64,000 nt of DNA from a virus (IMGVR_UViG_3300020576_005098:23264-87263), one strand, 5' to 3'. Shown: positions 19,076-28,486, counted from the stretch's first letter. The notes: generated from the sequence alone by a model not told the origin. A program made the numbers and translations.

Positions 19076-20348
19076 TCACATTACACGGTGCATCTTTTTG
19101 GTGACAAGATCAAAACCCTTTGGCAACTTTGTCTTTGCATCAAATGTCGCTTGGCCTAGCCCCATTGCGTCTTCCAAATTGCTTCCGGTAAAATCAACTT
19201 CGTAAAACGCAGCGCCAAAAAAATCAACATCCTGCAAATAAGCATTCCTCAAGTAAACTTTGGAAAACGCAGAATGTTTCAAGCCGGTAGCAAACAAGTC
19301 AACAGAGTTAAGAACACACTGAACAAAACTGCAACTGTCCATTTTTGCTTCCCTAATTTTGGCACCGCCAAGTTGGCAGCGTGTGAACAAACCTTTGAAA
19401 AGCTGGATTTTTTGAAAGGTTCGCCTTTGCGAACCTGCAATTTACGAAGTTTATCCTCTGAATGTTGGCGCCCGTAAAATCAGATCCTGAGAAATCCACG
19501 TCTTCAATGATCATGCTCTTTTCACTGAGACCAATGGTTTTCAAGATTTGCTTGTTTTCCATATTGCGAAAATCTGTTCCCTGAAAGTCAGTGAGTTTTT
19601 TATCTTTCTCGAACAGAGAAACGATGCTGCCCTTTGGAGTATCAAGAATGCTTGGTTTATTCTTCTTCTCCACGACACTCACGACTTCGACTTGAGCTGT
19701 GTTGAAGAACACAGCTTGGTTTGGTTCAAGGTGATGAATAATTTGAAATCCATCATCAACAACTCCATCATATCCAAGGACTTTCCAGAGAATGTAAGAC
19801 CATTTCCCCGTTGGGCCACCCCCTCTATCCTTCTTCTGGGTAGGTTGAAAATCTGGGTCAACAGAATCTGCACCAGCCAACAGCCTTGTGATATTCCAGA
19901 TCATTGAACCAGAAAAATTCTGGTTATCCCTTGCTCCTCTTCTTGCATACTCAATCGCCTTTTGCGAAAACCCCGAAGCAACAAGTTTTTCTACGTCTTG
20001 CTGGAGATTCTCCGGGGAGTAAGTCGTGAAATCCAATAGTTTTGCCGTTGGTTTTGGTCTGATTACAACAGCGTAAGGTCTATTGGTTGCAAACCTCATG
20101 ATCTTTCTTCGATCAAGAAAGTAGGCGTAGAAGCCAATGGGAGTCTTGTACTGGTTTTTGAGGTACAAACCCATTCTGGGATAATCCGAGAAGTGAACAA
20201 ACAAGTTGTCATCTGTCTTGTTTTGTTGTTCTAGGGCAGCAAGTTCCTCTTGCCAAGAAATCGGTTTGGCCCCGAGTTCCTTTTTGTACCTGGAGATTTC
20301 AAGGAGAGTAAGAGGCTTGATAAGAGGAGAAAGGAGATGATTGCTCAT
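19076..20348 (-). pseudogene. ART-like domain + pentapeptide repeat protein with a 1-nt frameshift
   Basis: ORFs 19353-20348 and 19076-19390 join into an unbroken pentapeptide register if one A of the A6 run (T6 at 19408-19413) is removed. Confidence 0.7.
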
Positions 20349-20435
20349 GGAAGGTAAATAAAGGGAAGGAGCTATAAGAACACTCCTTCAATCCCTCTTC
20401 TGGTTATCTTCCACTAACCTTGAGTTACCAAGGAG

Positions 20436-22118
20436 TTACGCGATACCCGCTATTTTCCAACCCTCTACGACTTTGATAAAATTGGGAAGTTCGGCATTCA
20501 GTTTTCCCAAAGCTTTTCTGAGGTTTTCTACGCTGGCTCTCAAGTATTTGGCTTGTTCAGACTCACCAGGAGAAAGATTAGGACTAATGCTTAAAGATTG
20601 TGGTGCTTGTGCTGCCGCAGCCCTAGCTGCCTTTTGTTGTTGTGCGTATTGTTGTGCTATTCTTGCTGCGGGACGAACTCCCCCACGAGCAGCAATTTCT
20701 TGTGATGAGGGCATAGTATTTTGTGGGGCAGGAATAGAGAATGCGGCTTGTTCTACCTGTCGAGTGTTTTCCAAGAGTCTTGTTTGCACCGAAGCTGGAG
20801 CAGCCTGATTCAACGCCTGGAGAGCACTGACGAGGCCAACACTGCTGTCCTTTAGAGCAAGGAGTGCAGTTTTTTTGCTGTTCACGATACTTTTGAGACC
20901 GCCTTGTAGTTGACTGTTATTTTGCAGGAGCAGGTTTTGATTCGGCCCGTAAGCGACTTCGGTTGTCCTAGCAAGGACTTGCAAATTGTCGTTAATGGCT
21001 TGTGTGGTATACCTTGGCGCTCGACTTCCTGGGCCTTCCCAGTAGCTTCCACCTTCAGCAAATACAAACTTTTTTGCTGCCCAAGCAACCAAAGCAGCAA
21101 GCCCAGCCAAAATTGCTCCAATCAAGAACTGCTCATCCAGCCTTCCTGGAGGATTTGTTGCTTCTACGAGTTGTTTGTTGGTTCCTGCGATCCGCGTTGT
21201 GGTACTTTGGATCAATCCAACTGCTGTCACAAGGTTTTCACCAAAATTGTGGATGTCTTGGACGGCTGAGGCAACAGCAGCACGAGTTTGTTTAACCTTT
21301 TCCTTATCATCCGGGGCAGCGGCAGAAGAAAGAGTATTGTTGTTTCGAGGAAAGGGAGGGAGTGCTTGTGCTTCACCAATAAAACGCTGCTGATACCTTT
21401 CAAAGTCACCTTCGGTCAGAGTTCCGTTCTCAACCAAATTTTTCAAGCTTGAGAGAAGGTTCAACACTTCACCAAGTTGTGTTTGTTGTGCTGAGGCAGC
21501 GGGAGGAGGAGCAGCAGCAGCGGGAGTATTCCTATTTTGAGCAGGGAGTGCTGGAAGGGAGGGGATCGTTACCCTCCCTGCTGGCTCTGCTGTTGGTTGC
21601 GTGTTAACGAGTGATTCAGTGTCTTTGAGTGCTTTGGCAAGTATTTTTGCTGAATCAATAACCCCCGTGTTGCTTGAGTTAAAGAACAAAGGAAGAATCT
21701 TGGCACACGCAGCAGCAACAGAGGCAGCTTGCTCTTTTTGCTCTTGTCTCCATTTGTCAGCAGCGTTTTCGAGAGCCTTGAATTCTTTGGATTGGGCGAT
21801 ATTGTCAAAAATGACCTTGGCTTCTTTTGTTCTTTCACCTTCGAAAACATCAAGAAACCAAGCCAGGAACCAGACGGGAGTATTTTCGTTGATGCGTGCG
21901 GTGTTTTGCCTCAATTCTACCAAGGCAGTTTGAATTTGCTGTATCTTTTGGCCCTCGTCCGATGTTTGTTTTCCAACGGCAGACTTGAACTTGTCACCGA
22001 AAGAGAGTTTGATAAGCTTGGTAACGTTGTTGTCTGAGAACAGAACGTTAGCCATAGCACTGAATGCGCCTGCTGGGACGATGACATCAGGGCCGTTGAA
22101 GTTGATTTTGACTGCCAT
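20436..22118 (-). CDS. hypothetical Ala/Gln-rich protein
   Basis: 560 aa; ATACTTA motif upstream. Confidence 0.7.
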   Translation of the reverse strand: MAVKINFNGPDVIVPAGAFSAMANVLFSDNNVTKLIKLSFGDKFKSAVGKQTSDEGQKIQQIQTALVELRQNTARINENTPVWFLAWFLDVFEGERTKEAKVIFDNIAQSKEFKALENAADKWRQEQKEQAASVAAACAKILPLFFNSSNTGVIDSAKILAKALKDTESLVNTQPTAEPAGRVTIPSLPALPAQNRNTPAAAAPPPAASAQQTQLGEVLNLLSSLKNLVENGTLTEGDFERYQQRFIGEAQALPPFPRNNNTLSSAAAPDDKEKVKQTRAAVASAVQDIHNFGENLVTAVGLIQSTTTRIAGTNKQLVEATNPPGRLDEQFLIGAILAGLAALVAWAAKKFVFAEGGSYWEGPGSRAPRYTTQAINDNLQVLARTTEVAYGPNQNLLLQNNSQLQGGLKSIVNSKKTALLALKDSSVGLVSALQALNQAAPASVQTRLLENTRQVEQAAFSIPAPQNTMPSSQEIAARGGVRPAARIAQQYAQQQKAARAAAAQAPQSLSISPNLSPGESEQAKYLRASVENLRKALGKLNAELPNFIKVVEGWKIAGIA

Positions 22119-22129
22119 ATTGTTGCAGC

Positions 22130-22498
22130 CTAAGTATTGTCCTTCACTTCCCGCATGAAACGACAGATACCGGCTTTCTTTGCCTCGGGTGTCGCAGGGT
22201 TGATAATCCCAGTAAAAACCCAGCCAATCATTTGTGTTTCACAGACCAACACCTTCAAATAACTCCAAGATTTTTTTGGGACTTCAACAAGAACAAACAG
22301 TTGTTTTGGTTTGAGATAAACCGCCATTGTCCATCGCTGATGTGGGAGGCCAATGACTTTTGCCCCCCTTTTTGAACGCAGCAGTGGTCTTGCGGTATCG
22401 GAAACGTACTGATATAACCCACCAACCCGAACTTCTACTTCTGGTATTGTGAACGTACTTGAGCTGGGCTTCTTTGCTGTTGACATTTTCTCTCTCAA
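22130..22498 (-). CDS. hypothetical protein
   Basis: 122 aa. Confidence 0.55.
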   Translation of the reverse strand: MREKMSTAKKPSSSTFTIPEVEVRVGGLYQYVSDTARPLLRSKRGAKVIGLPHQRWTMAVYLKPKQLFVLVEVPKKSWSYLKVLVCETQMIGWVFTGIINPATPEAKKAGICRFMREVKDNT

Positions 22499-22551
22499 TA
22501 CATCTTGATGAAATGTTATTCAGTGCTTACAGTTGTCTCTGGAGTTAGAAA

Positions 22552-23352
22552 ATGACAACAAGAAGAGGGTTGATCAAATACCCAAAGACACCAAAGCCCA
22601 ACAACAAAGAAGATCACGAACTGTTTCTCACATATCAAGGAACCAAAGTTTTCAACGAAAGTGGCAAACTTATTTCTTCTGATTTGAAATTGCGGAATCA
22701 GTTAGCGGATAGGAATGCAAGGCTTGTCACTTTTATGGTGAACAAGTTTTACAGCAAGAAGAAGAGGCACTTGGAGTTGAGAGATGATCTTCTTCAAGAA
22801 GGTCACATTGGATTGGTCCACGCAGTTGAAGGCTTTAAGCCTGAAATGGGTATTATGTTTAGCACATACGCTGGAATCTGGATTCGCCAAGCCATTCAAA
22901 CCTACCTTTTGGAACATGATCCGATCATGCCAATTCCAGGGCATGTCAGAACTGCCAACAACAAACTCGCAAAGTTTTGTGCTGAATCCGGCAAAGGCAC
23001 CAAATTTTTCGAATTGACCGATGAAGACCTGGAGAAACTTGAAATCACACCAAACATGGTTTCTTGCGTTCAAGCTGCACGACAAATTGTCGGTGCAAAA
23101 TTCAACTACCTTGATTTTTTTCACGAGCCAAAGCAGGAAAACGAGATCTCAGAGGCCAACTTTCTACGAGGTTTTTCAGACAATCAGATGGATAGCCTTT
23201 CCAACTCTCGTTTGTTGGTTGCGGCGAAGAAGGCATTTTCTCAACTAACTCTCAGAGAACAGTGTGTTCTTCTGGAGAGATATGGAATTGATTCCAAACC
23301 ACATTGGAACGGTCAAACTTTTTTGAGCGAAGAAGGGAGTGAAGTGAAATGA
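22552..23352 (+). CDS. sigma70-family RNA polymerase sigma factor, region 4.2 missing
   Basis: Region 2 NARLV...DDLLQEGHIGLVHAVEGF.PEMGIMFSTYAGIWIRQAI; region 4.1 LTLREQCVLLERYG then ends. Confidence 0.88.
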   Translation: MTTRRGLIKYPKTPKPNNKEDHELFLTYQGTKVFNESGKLISSDLKLRNQLADRNARLVTFMVNKFYSKKKRHLELRDDLLQEGHIGLVHAVEGFKPEMGIMFSTYAGIWIRQAIQTYLLEHDPIMPIPGHVRTANNKLAKFCAESGKGTKFFELTDEDLEKLEITPNMVSCVQAARQIVGAKFNYLDFFHEPKQENEISEANFLRGFSDNQMDSLSNSRLLVAAKKAFSQLTLREQCVLLERYGIDSKPHWNGQTFLSEEGSEVK

Positions 23353-23633
23353 GTGCATCAACAGGAAAATATATCACGATTGAAGAGGGTGAAGATTTCA
23401 GATCCATCGCTGCCAAGATGCGAAGTCTTGGGTCAAAAATGAATCATGCAACCGCGAGGAACGTTACTTTGCTGGGAATGCAGAAATTTCTTGGCAATCT
23501 TGCTCGTGAGTTGAATCATCCTTTGGATGATGAGTCTTGCAAGAAGTTGACCCAGCAACAACATATTCATGAGTTGATCGGGGAAATTCTTCCCTTGATT
23601 TGTGATGACATGAAGGAAGTAAAGGTAAAATAA
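23349..23633 (+). CDS. small HTH-like protein coupled to sigma gene
   Basis: GEDFRSIAAKM...NHATARNVTLLGMQKF; ATGA overlap with sigma stop. Confidence 0.6.
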   Translation: MSASTGKYITIEEGEDFRSIAAKMRSLGSKMNHATARNVTLLGMQKFLGNLARELNHPLDDESCKKLTQQQHIHELIGEILPLICDDMKEVKVK

Positions 23634-23956
23634 TGCCCGGCGGAAATCTTATTCAGCAACAACAACAAACCGACCTCAGAGGATTCCTTGGCAGAAGAAG
23701 GGTTACTCTCCAAGAATGGATGCAGGCAAACAAAATCATCGACGCAGAGGGCCTTGGAAGGCTTATCGCTGACAGTAAATGGTATGTGGATACCGAACTA
23801 CTATCCGAAGCTCAAAGCCTCCTAAAAAGCCACACAGAAGCTCCCAGGAAAACCCCTGTTCCTGCTGAAGAAAAAGTGGTTGAAGCTCCTGTTGAAGAGA
23901 AGGTTGAAGTTGTGACTCCAACAACAAACCAAGTAAAAAGGAAAAAGGGTGTCTAG
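23633..23956 (+). CDS. hypothetical protein
   Basis: 107 aa coupled ORF. Confidence 0.6.
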   Translation: MPGGNLIQQQQQTDLRGFLGRRRVTLQEWMQANKIIDAEGLGRLIADSKWYVDTELLSEAQSLLKSHTEAPRKTPVPAEEKVVEAPVEEKVEVVTPTTNQVKRKKGV

Positions 23957-23972
23957 GTAGCTCTAGGAGACA

Positions 23973-24200
23973 ATGAGTTCCAGGTACCAAAAAGAAAAGC
24001 GTTTTCGTCCTCGCAATGATCCATACCGCAGACAACACTTCAACGCTGGGAAATATACCAGGGTCGAAAGAGTAGTTGTTCTTCCCCCAAAATCAACACA
24101 AGAACTTCACCAACAAGAGCCTGAAGAGAATGTAGAAACAACTCTCTCTGGTTCTTCTGTTGATGAGAGTTTTTCTGAGATTTCAACAGAGGCAAGCTGA
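23973..24200 (+). CDS. hypothetical protein
   Basis: 75 aa. Confidence 0.5.
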   Translation: MSSRYQKEKRFRPRNDPYRRQHFNAGKYTRVERVVVLPPKSTQELHQQEPEENVETTLSGSSVDESFSEISTEAS

Positions 24201-24220
24201 ATAGTTACCGCTCATAAACC

Positions 24221-24895
24221 ATGAGCATGAGTGAAAGAATCGGACTGGGAGATTTCGGCAAACTTGTAAGACCGAAAACTCTCACCGATGTTTTTCTGCT
24301 CAACCCCTCCGCCACACCAGATATTGAAGATTGGTGGATTGAAAACAGAAAACTTTCGCATTCCTCCACAACCTTCAACAAAGATATGTTGGCTGGGACA
24401 TATGGAATGAACCTTGACGTTTTGTTTTCTGATCTTTCCATCAATTCCTACCACTGCAAAATAACATCATTTCTTGTCCTGGTATCCAGTGAGTACAAAC
24501 TCCTGACAACACCCGAACAGGCTGAGTTCTACAAAATAAGGAAACCGAAAGCCAAGGTAAAAGCTGTCGGCGTTACCATCTTCAAAAACTCAAATGAGAT
24601 TTGGAAGCCAAATGACTCTGGGTTGGTTTGGTTGTTCAGACCAAGAAGCTTGGTCAGGATGGAAGATGTAAAACTGTTTGAAGTAATTGAGGTGGGAGAT
24701 ATCATCCAGTTCCAAAAAACGGCTGGAATGATTGTAAAGGTGCTAGAAGTTCGACGGAAAAGATTCTACTTGAGCACTTCTTGGACAAACCGTTCCATCA
24801 CCTTATTGACTGGATCAACAGGGAAACTTCTTCAGTTGAACCCAGACAGACCTTTCAAAATAATCAAAGCGAAACAATCTCAAATGTCGTCGTAG
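24221..24895 (+). CDS. hypothetical protein
   Basis: 224 aa; ATAGTTA upstream. Confidence 0.6.
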   Translation: MSMSERIGLGDFGKLVRPKTLTDVFLLNPSATPDIEDWWIENRKLSHSSTTFNKDMLAGTYGMNLDVLFSDLSINSYHCKITSFLVLVSSEYKLLTTPEQAEFYKIRKPKAKVKAVGVTIFKNSNEIWKPNDSGLVWLFRPRSLVRMEDVKLFEVIEVGDIIQFQKTAGMIVKVLEVRRKRFYLSTSWTNRSITLLTGSTGKLLQLNPDRPFKIIKAKQSQMSS

Positions 24896-25089
24896 TCGAA
24901 ATCTTGATCTTCGTCTTCGGTTTGAAGAGGAGGGTCTTCCTCCCTGTCACGCACATTCTGAACGACACAAATCGCATCCTCAATCGTTGCTATTTCGTCC
25001 ACATCAATATCGTGCTTGTTTTCCTCAAGAAATTCTTCCAAACGTTTTTCTAGTTGGTTTAAGGCTCTGGCTCTGCTGCTCGATGTCAT
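24880..25089 (-). CDS. small acidic hypothetical protein
   Basis: Start moved to ATG 25089 (MTSSSRAR). Confidence 0.55.
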   Translation of the reverse strand: MTSSSRARALNQLEKRLEEFLEENKHDIDVDEIATIEDAICVVQNVRDREEDPPLQTEDEDQDFDYDDI

Positions 25090-25436
25090 GTCGTTTGTTG
25101 TTCCGTTTCTTCTTCTATGGGAATTAGTTGAAAATTCTTGTCTTTGACAATCCAACCCATTCGAGTATCCCCATATAGACACTCATAATAGAAATGACCA
25201 TAAGGATCTACAACTTCCCGCAACAACACAAACATCTCAGAAAAACCCTTCAAACCCCAAGGCTTCACACCAGAAGTCGTTAATCGTCCCAAGTTTTCCG
25301 TCGTTGTTGAAACAATGGTTTCGTTTTTTTTCAAACGCGATTCGAGCAACAAATCCAAATCTGGGTAAACAGCAACAAATACTGGCTTTCTTGTGTTCCT
25401 TTTGCTTTTCAGGGTGCAAATGGATCCTGGTTTCAT
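25086..25436 (-). CDS. hypothetical protein
   Basis: 116 aa coupled ORF. Confidence 0.55.
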   Translation of the reverse strand: MKPGSICTLKSKRNTRKPVFVAVYPDLDLLLESRLKKNETIVSTTTENLGRLTTSGVKPWGLKGFSEMFVLLREVVDPYGHFYYECLYGDTRMGWIVKDKNFQLIPIEEETEQQTT

Positions 25437-25456
25437 ATTCCCTAGCTAGATTCATC

Positions 25457-25702
25457 ATGTTCGTTGCTGAATCTCAAAGATACTATGACCATGCTTTCCA
25501 AGAAAGCAAGACGATAGCAAGAGTCCAATATGATTCCCTTCTTTGCTCTCTTCTGGTTATCTTCCACACCGGCACCCAATACCTCTATTTTTCAGTGCCT
25601 CCGGAAGTTCATCAGTCCCTTCTCGATGCCCCAAGCCCAGGAAAATTCTTCCACTCCAACATCCGAGGAAAGTTCAGACACGAACGCCTGATCAATACCT
25701 AA
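25457..25702 (+). CDS. KTSC domain protein
   Basis: SKTIARVQYD...LLVIFHTGTQYLYFSVPPEVHQSLLDAPSPGKFFHSNIRG. Confidence 0.8.
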   Translation: MFVAESQRYYDHAFQESKTIARVQYDSLLCSLLVIFHTGTQYLYFSVPPEVHQSLLDAPSPGKFFHSNIRGKFRHERLINT

Positions 25703-25706
25703 ACCC

Positions 25707-26282
25707 ATGAAACTAAGCCAAATTCTATTCACCAACGAAAATTCTGGTGATTTTTCAGGGGCTGGGACTTTTCAGGGTGGACCATACGGCTTCGGAAACA
25801 AACACCAACTCGCTGCACCAGAACCCTGGGAAGGTCTCGAAGACAAAGAAAAACCAGAAGAAACCTTCCTCAAAGAACGAAGTCCGTCCGATATTCTCTA
25901 TCGAGATCTTCCAGGATTTCCAAGGATGAATACTCTTGCAAAACCAGTGGATCATATCCCGCACACACCCTCAGACGAAGAAAGATACAATGTTCCCGAT
26001 CTCATTCCTCCCGGAAGAGATGGAGAAGCAGGTGAACATTTTGGTTATGGTCCTCTCGAAGAAGACCCAGCCATTCTCGCCCACCACACCAACTGGATTG
26101 AAAAAGAAACCGAATCACAACACGCAGGATATTCCTCCAGTGAAATTACAACAAACTCAGTTCCAACTCATGGCGGAAGTGCTGGTGTTATCTCAAAACC
26201 TGTGAAACACGTTCCCGGACCCGTAGACATCTACAAAAAAGGTTCCGGTTCCGGCTACTCTCTCGGTGAATGCCTCTTCTAA
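25707..26282 (+). CDS. hypothetical protein with ILF-E N-terminal tag
   Basis: MKLSQILFTNE; ATACCTA upstream. Confidence 0.65.
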   Translation: MKLSQILFTNENSGDFSGAGTFQGGPYGFGNKHQLAAPEPWEGLEDKEKPEETFLKERSPSDILYRDLPGFPRMNTLAKPVDHIPHTPSDEERYNVPDLIPPGRDGEAGEHFGYGPLEEDPAILAHHTNWIEKETESQHAGYSSSEITTNSVPTHGGSAGVISKPVKHVPGPVDIYKKGSGSGYSLGECLF

Positions 26283-26519
26283 CTCCCACCACATAAACGC
26301 TACGGCACCTATACGCCTTATCTGTGCCACGAAATAACCCGGACGGGTGAGAGGGTGTCGAAACAATTCGGGAGCCTTAAAAAGCATCCTGGAGCGATTT
26401 GAAGTCCGAGGTTGTTTGTTCGTGCTGGAACAAGAAAAAACTTTAGAATGACGAATGTTGTTGACGGGTGAATTGGGACCGTGGTAGACATGGCTCATCC
26501 TCAAGAAAAGGAGACAGCG

Positions 26520-26825
26520 ATGACAACCGAAGCAAAGATGCGTGAAGTCCTTGTTCAAATGTGGGAAGAGAGTGAGAGAGGTTGGGGTTGCCGACCAGAT
26601 GGTTTTTCCCTCCATCTCAGTCAAGATGACTTGAACAAGTACGTCAAGGCTTATTGGGATCGAATGCCCACTGTGGCCCCCGATGAGTACAGTCGTCCCG
26701 ATGGAAAACCTTTCAAAGCTCTTGTCTCAGAGGAGTGTTACCAACAACTCGTTGAAGCTTCCCCCGTGAAGTTTGGACTGAGGTACTGGGACAGTGAGAA
26801 ACGTTTGTTTGCCAGGATTTCCTAA
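26520..26825 (+). CDS. hypothetical protein
   Basis: AAGGAG RBS before ATG 26520. Confidence 0.6.
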   Translation: MTTEAKMREVLVQMWEESERGWGCRPDGFSLHLSQDDLNKYVKAYWDRMPTVAPDEYSRPDGKPFKALVSEECYQQLVEASPVKFGLRYWDSEKRLFARIS

Positions 26826-26895
26826 CCTTTCAACAAAGAGATCGAAAGTGGTTGACTAGATAAAAGAGAGGTGTTACAAGTAGACATCTCTCGCT

Positions 26896-26980
26896 GGAAG
26901 AGTATCCTAATGGTAAGGAAACGGTTTGCTAAACCGTCGAGGGCTAACCCCTCTTGCGAGTTCGAGTCTCGTCTCTTCCT
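26896..26980 (+). tRNA. tRNA-Ser(GCT)
   Basis: GGAAGAG/CTCTTCC acceptor, ACGGT-TTGCTAA-ACCGT, long V arm, TTCGAGT loop. Confidence 0.92.
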
Positions 26981-27099
26981 CCGATGTTCTGTGTGTAGCT
27001 GTAAACTGGAACAGTTTCGCATTCCAACTGTAATGTGGAGTGTAGAAAATGTGGGCAGGAATAATAACTAAACCAACCCACCACACAAACCATCTCTTT

Positions 27100-27173
27100 C
27101 TCTTCGTAGCCTAATGGACCAGGCACCCGGCTTCTATCCGGTATTTATGGGGGTTCGAATCCCTCCGAAGAGG
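27100..27173 (+). tRNA. tRNA-Arg(TCT)
   Basis: CTCTTCG/CGAAGAG, loop CTTCTAT. Confidence 0.88.
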
Positions 27174-27317
27174 CTAGTAACAAAGTCCTTGACAAGGAAA
27201 AGGTGATAGAGTAAAAGAGAAAGTGTCCTGAATGGAAAGGGAGCAGCCTGCAAAGCTGAAGGGATAAAATCCCAACAAGAGTTTGATTCTCTTCTTTCTC
27301 TCTGGATTGTGATAGAC

Positions 27318-27391
27318 AGTAGTATAGCTTATGGGTAAAGCCTCCCACCGATAATGGGAAGAAGAAGTTTCAAGCACTTCTACTACTACCA
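27318..27391 (+). tRNA. tRNA-Ile(GAT), atypical (C33)
   Basis: AGTAGTA/TACTACT, TCCCA-CCGATAA-TGGGA, encoded CCA. Confidence 0.8.
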
Positions 27392-27393
27392 AC

Positions 27394-27464
27394 AACACCA
27401 TAACTCAATGGTAGAGTTTCTGCTCGACGCGCAGAATATATCAGTTCAATTCTGATTGGTGTTA
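27394..27464 (+). tRNA. tRNA-Val(GAC), C33
   Basis: AACACCA/TGGTGTT, TCTGC-TCGACGC-GCAGA. Confidence 0.82.
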
Positions 27465-27496
27465 TTCAAACTTGCTTGCTACATAAACCTTACAAC

Positions 27497-27580
27497 GCCA
27501 CTGTGGTGGAATGGCAGACACCGCTGTCTCAAAAGCAGCTACCCGATTCGGGTGTGGGAGTTCGAGTCTCCCCAGTGGCA
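27497..27580 (+). tRNA. tRNA-Leu(CAA)
   Basis: GCCACTG/CAGTGGC, loop CTCAAAA, V arm. Confidence 0.92.
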
Positions 27581-27641
27581 CTCAACAACAATAAAAGTGT
27601 TGACAGACAGAAGAAAGTAAGTTAGAAGAAAAAGAACAGAC

Positions 27642-27729
27642 GGGATCGTGGTGGAACGGCAGACACGGCTGATTTAAGGTCAGAAGCATCATAACGATGC
27701 ACTTGGGGGTTCGAGTCCCTCCGGTCCTA
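27642..27729 (+). tRNA. tRNA-Leu(TAA)
   Basis: GGGATCG/CGGTCCT, loop TTTAAGG, V arm. Confidence 0.88.
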
Positions 27730-27774
27730 CAAAAAAAGTTCTTGACAGACAAAACAGGATGAGTTAGAAAGAAT

Positions 27775-27847
27775 GGCACAGTAGCCCAACGGCAGAGGCA
27801 ACGGTCTCAGGTACCGTCAAGTAAGAGTTCAAATCTCTTCTGTGTCA
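27775..27847 (+). tRNA. tRNA-Leu(CAG) with short variable loop
   Basis: GGCACAG/CTGTGTC, ACGGT-CTCAGGT-ACCGT, 5-nt V loop, A73. Confidence 0.8.
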
Positions 27848-27850
27848 CTC

Positions 27851-27923
27851 GGTTCAGTAGCCCAACGGCAGAGGTAATGGTTCGAGAAGCCATCTAGTGA
27901 GAGTTCGAATCTCTCCTGAACCA
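27851..27923 (+). tRNA. tRNA-Leu(GAG) with short variable loop
   Basis: GGTTCAG/CTGAACC, ATGGT-TCGAGAA-GCCAT, 5-nt V loop, A73. Confidence 0.8.
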
Positions 27924-27949
27924 CTGGATAGGAAAGTAGTTAACAACAT

Positions 27950-28026
27950 CGGGAATCGGACTCAAGGTGGGTCGCCTGTTTTGGAAACAGGACATCAGGC
28001 AAGTTCAATTCTTGCATTCCCGACCA
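27950..28026 (+). tRNA. tRNA-Pro(TGG)
   Basis: CGGGAAT/ATTCCCG, CCTGT-TTTGGAA-ACAGG, CCA. Confidence 0.9.
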
Positions 28027-28081
28027 AACTTCTCACAGCACTTTAGTTGTGAATTGTTCTTTGAAAACTTGTGTTGAATTA

Positions 28082-28168
28082 GGAAGGGCAAGCCGATGGG
28101 CGACGGCGCCGGTCTTGAAAACCGTGTGACCAGAAATGGTCTTAGGAGTTCGACTCTCCTCCCTTCCG
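28082..28168 (+). tRNA. tRNA-Ser(TGA)
   Basis: GGAAGGG/CCCTTCC, loop CTTGAAA, V arm, G73. Confidence 0.92.
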
Positions 28169-28169
28169 C

Positions 28170-28242
28170 CGCGGGATCGTCTAATGGCTTAGGACACAGG
28201 GCTCATACCCCTGAAATCTTGGTTCGATTCCTTGTCCCGCTT
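28170..28242 (+). tRNA. tRNA-Met(CAT), initiator-like
   Basis: CAGGG-CTCATAC-CCCTG (three G-C pairs), C1:U72 mismatch; weak T stem. Confidence 0.7.
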
Positions 28243-28245
28243 TCC

Positions 28246-28334
28246 TGGATCGTGTGTTCTATGGTAGAACAGTTGACTGTAAATCAACCAGCCCAACAGG
28301 TGACAATAGGTTCGATTCCTATACGATCCAACCA
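28246..28334 (+). tRNA. tRNA-Tyr(GTA)
   Basis: GTTGA-CTGTAAA-TCAAC, V arm; acceptor can pair 8 bp before A-CCA. Confidence 0.88.
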
Positions 28335-28486
28335 GAGTGTCTTTTGATAATCCAACAGGAGGAGTTGTAACTTGCCCAATTCGCAAATAGGGCTGGCTTT
28401 ACAATGGAGAGGAGTAGCTAACCTCAATCCTCTAGGAAACCATCCTCGTACCAGGACGCTGGATTAAGGAATAGTTTCCGATTTTT

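Noticed and set aside
28430-28480. HDV-like (theta) ribozyme downstream of tRNA-Tyr, suggested by TCCTCGT and GGAAAC/GTTTCC
   Set aside because: Could not build P1 and P3 with the required nested double-pseudoknot order; kept only as an unassigned structured RNA.
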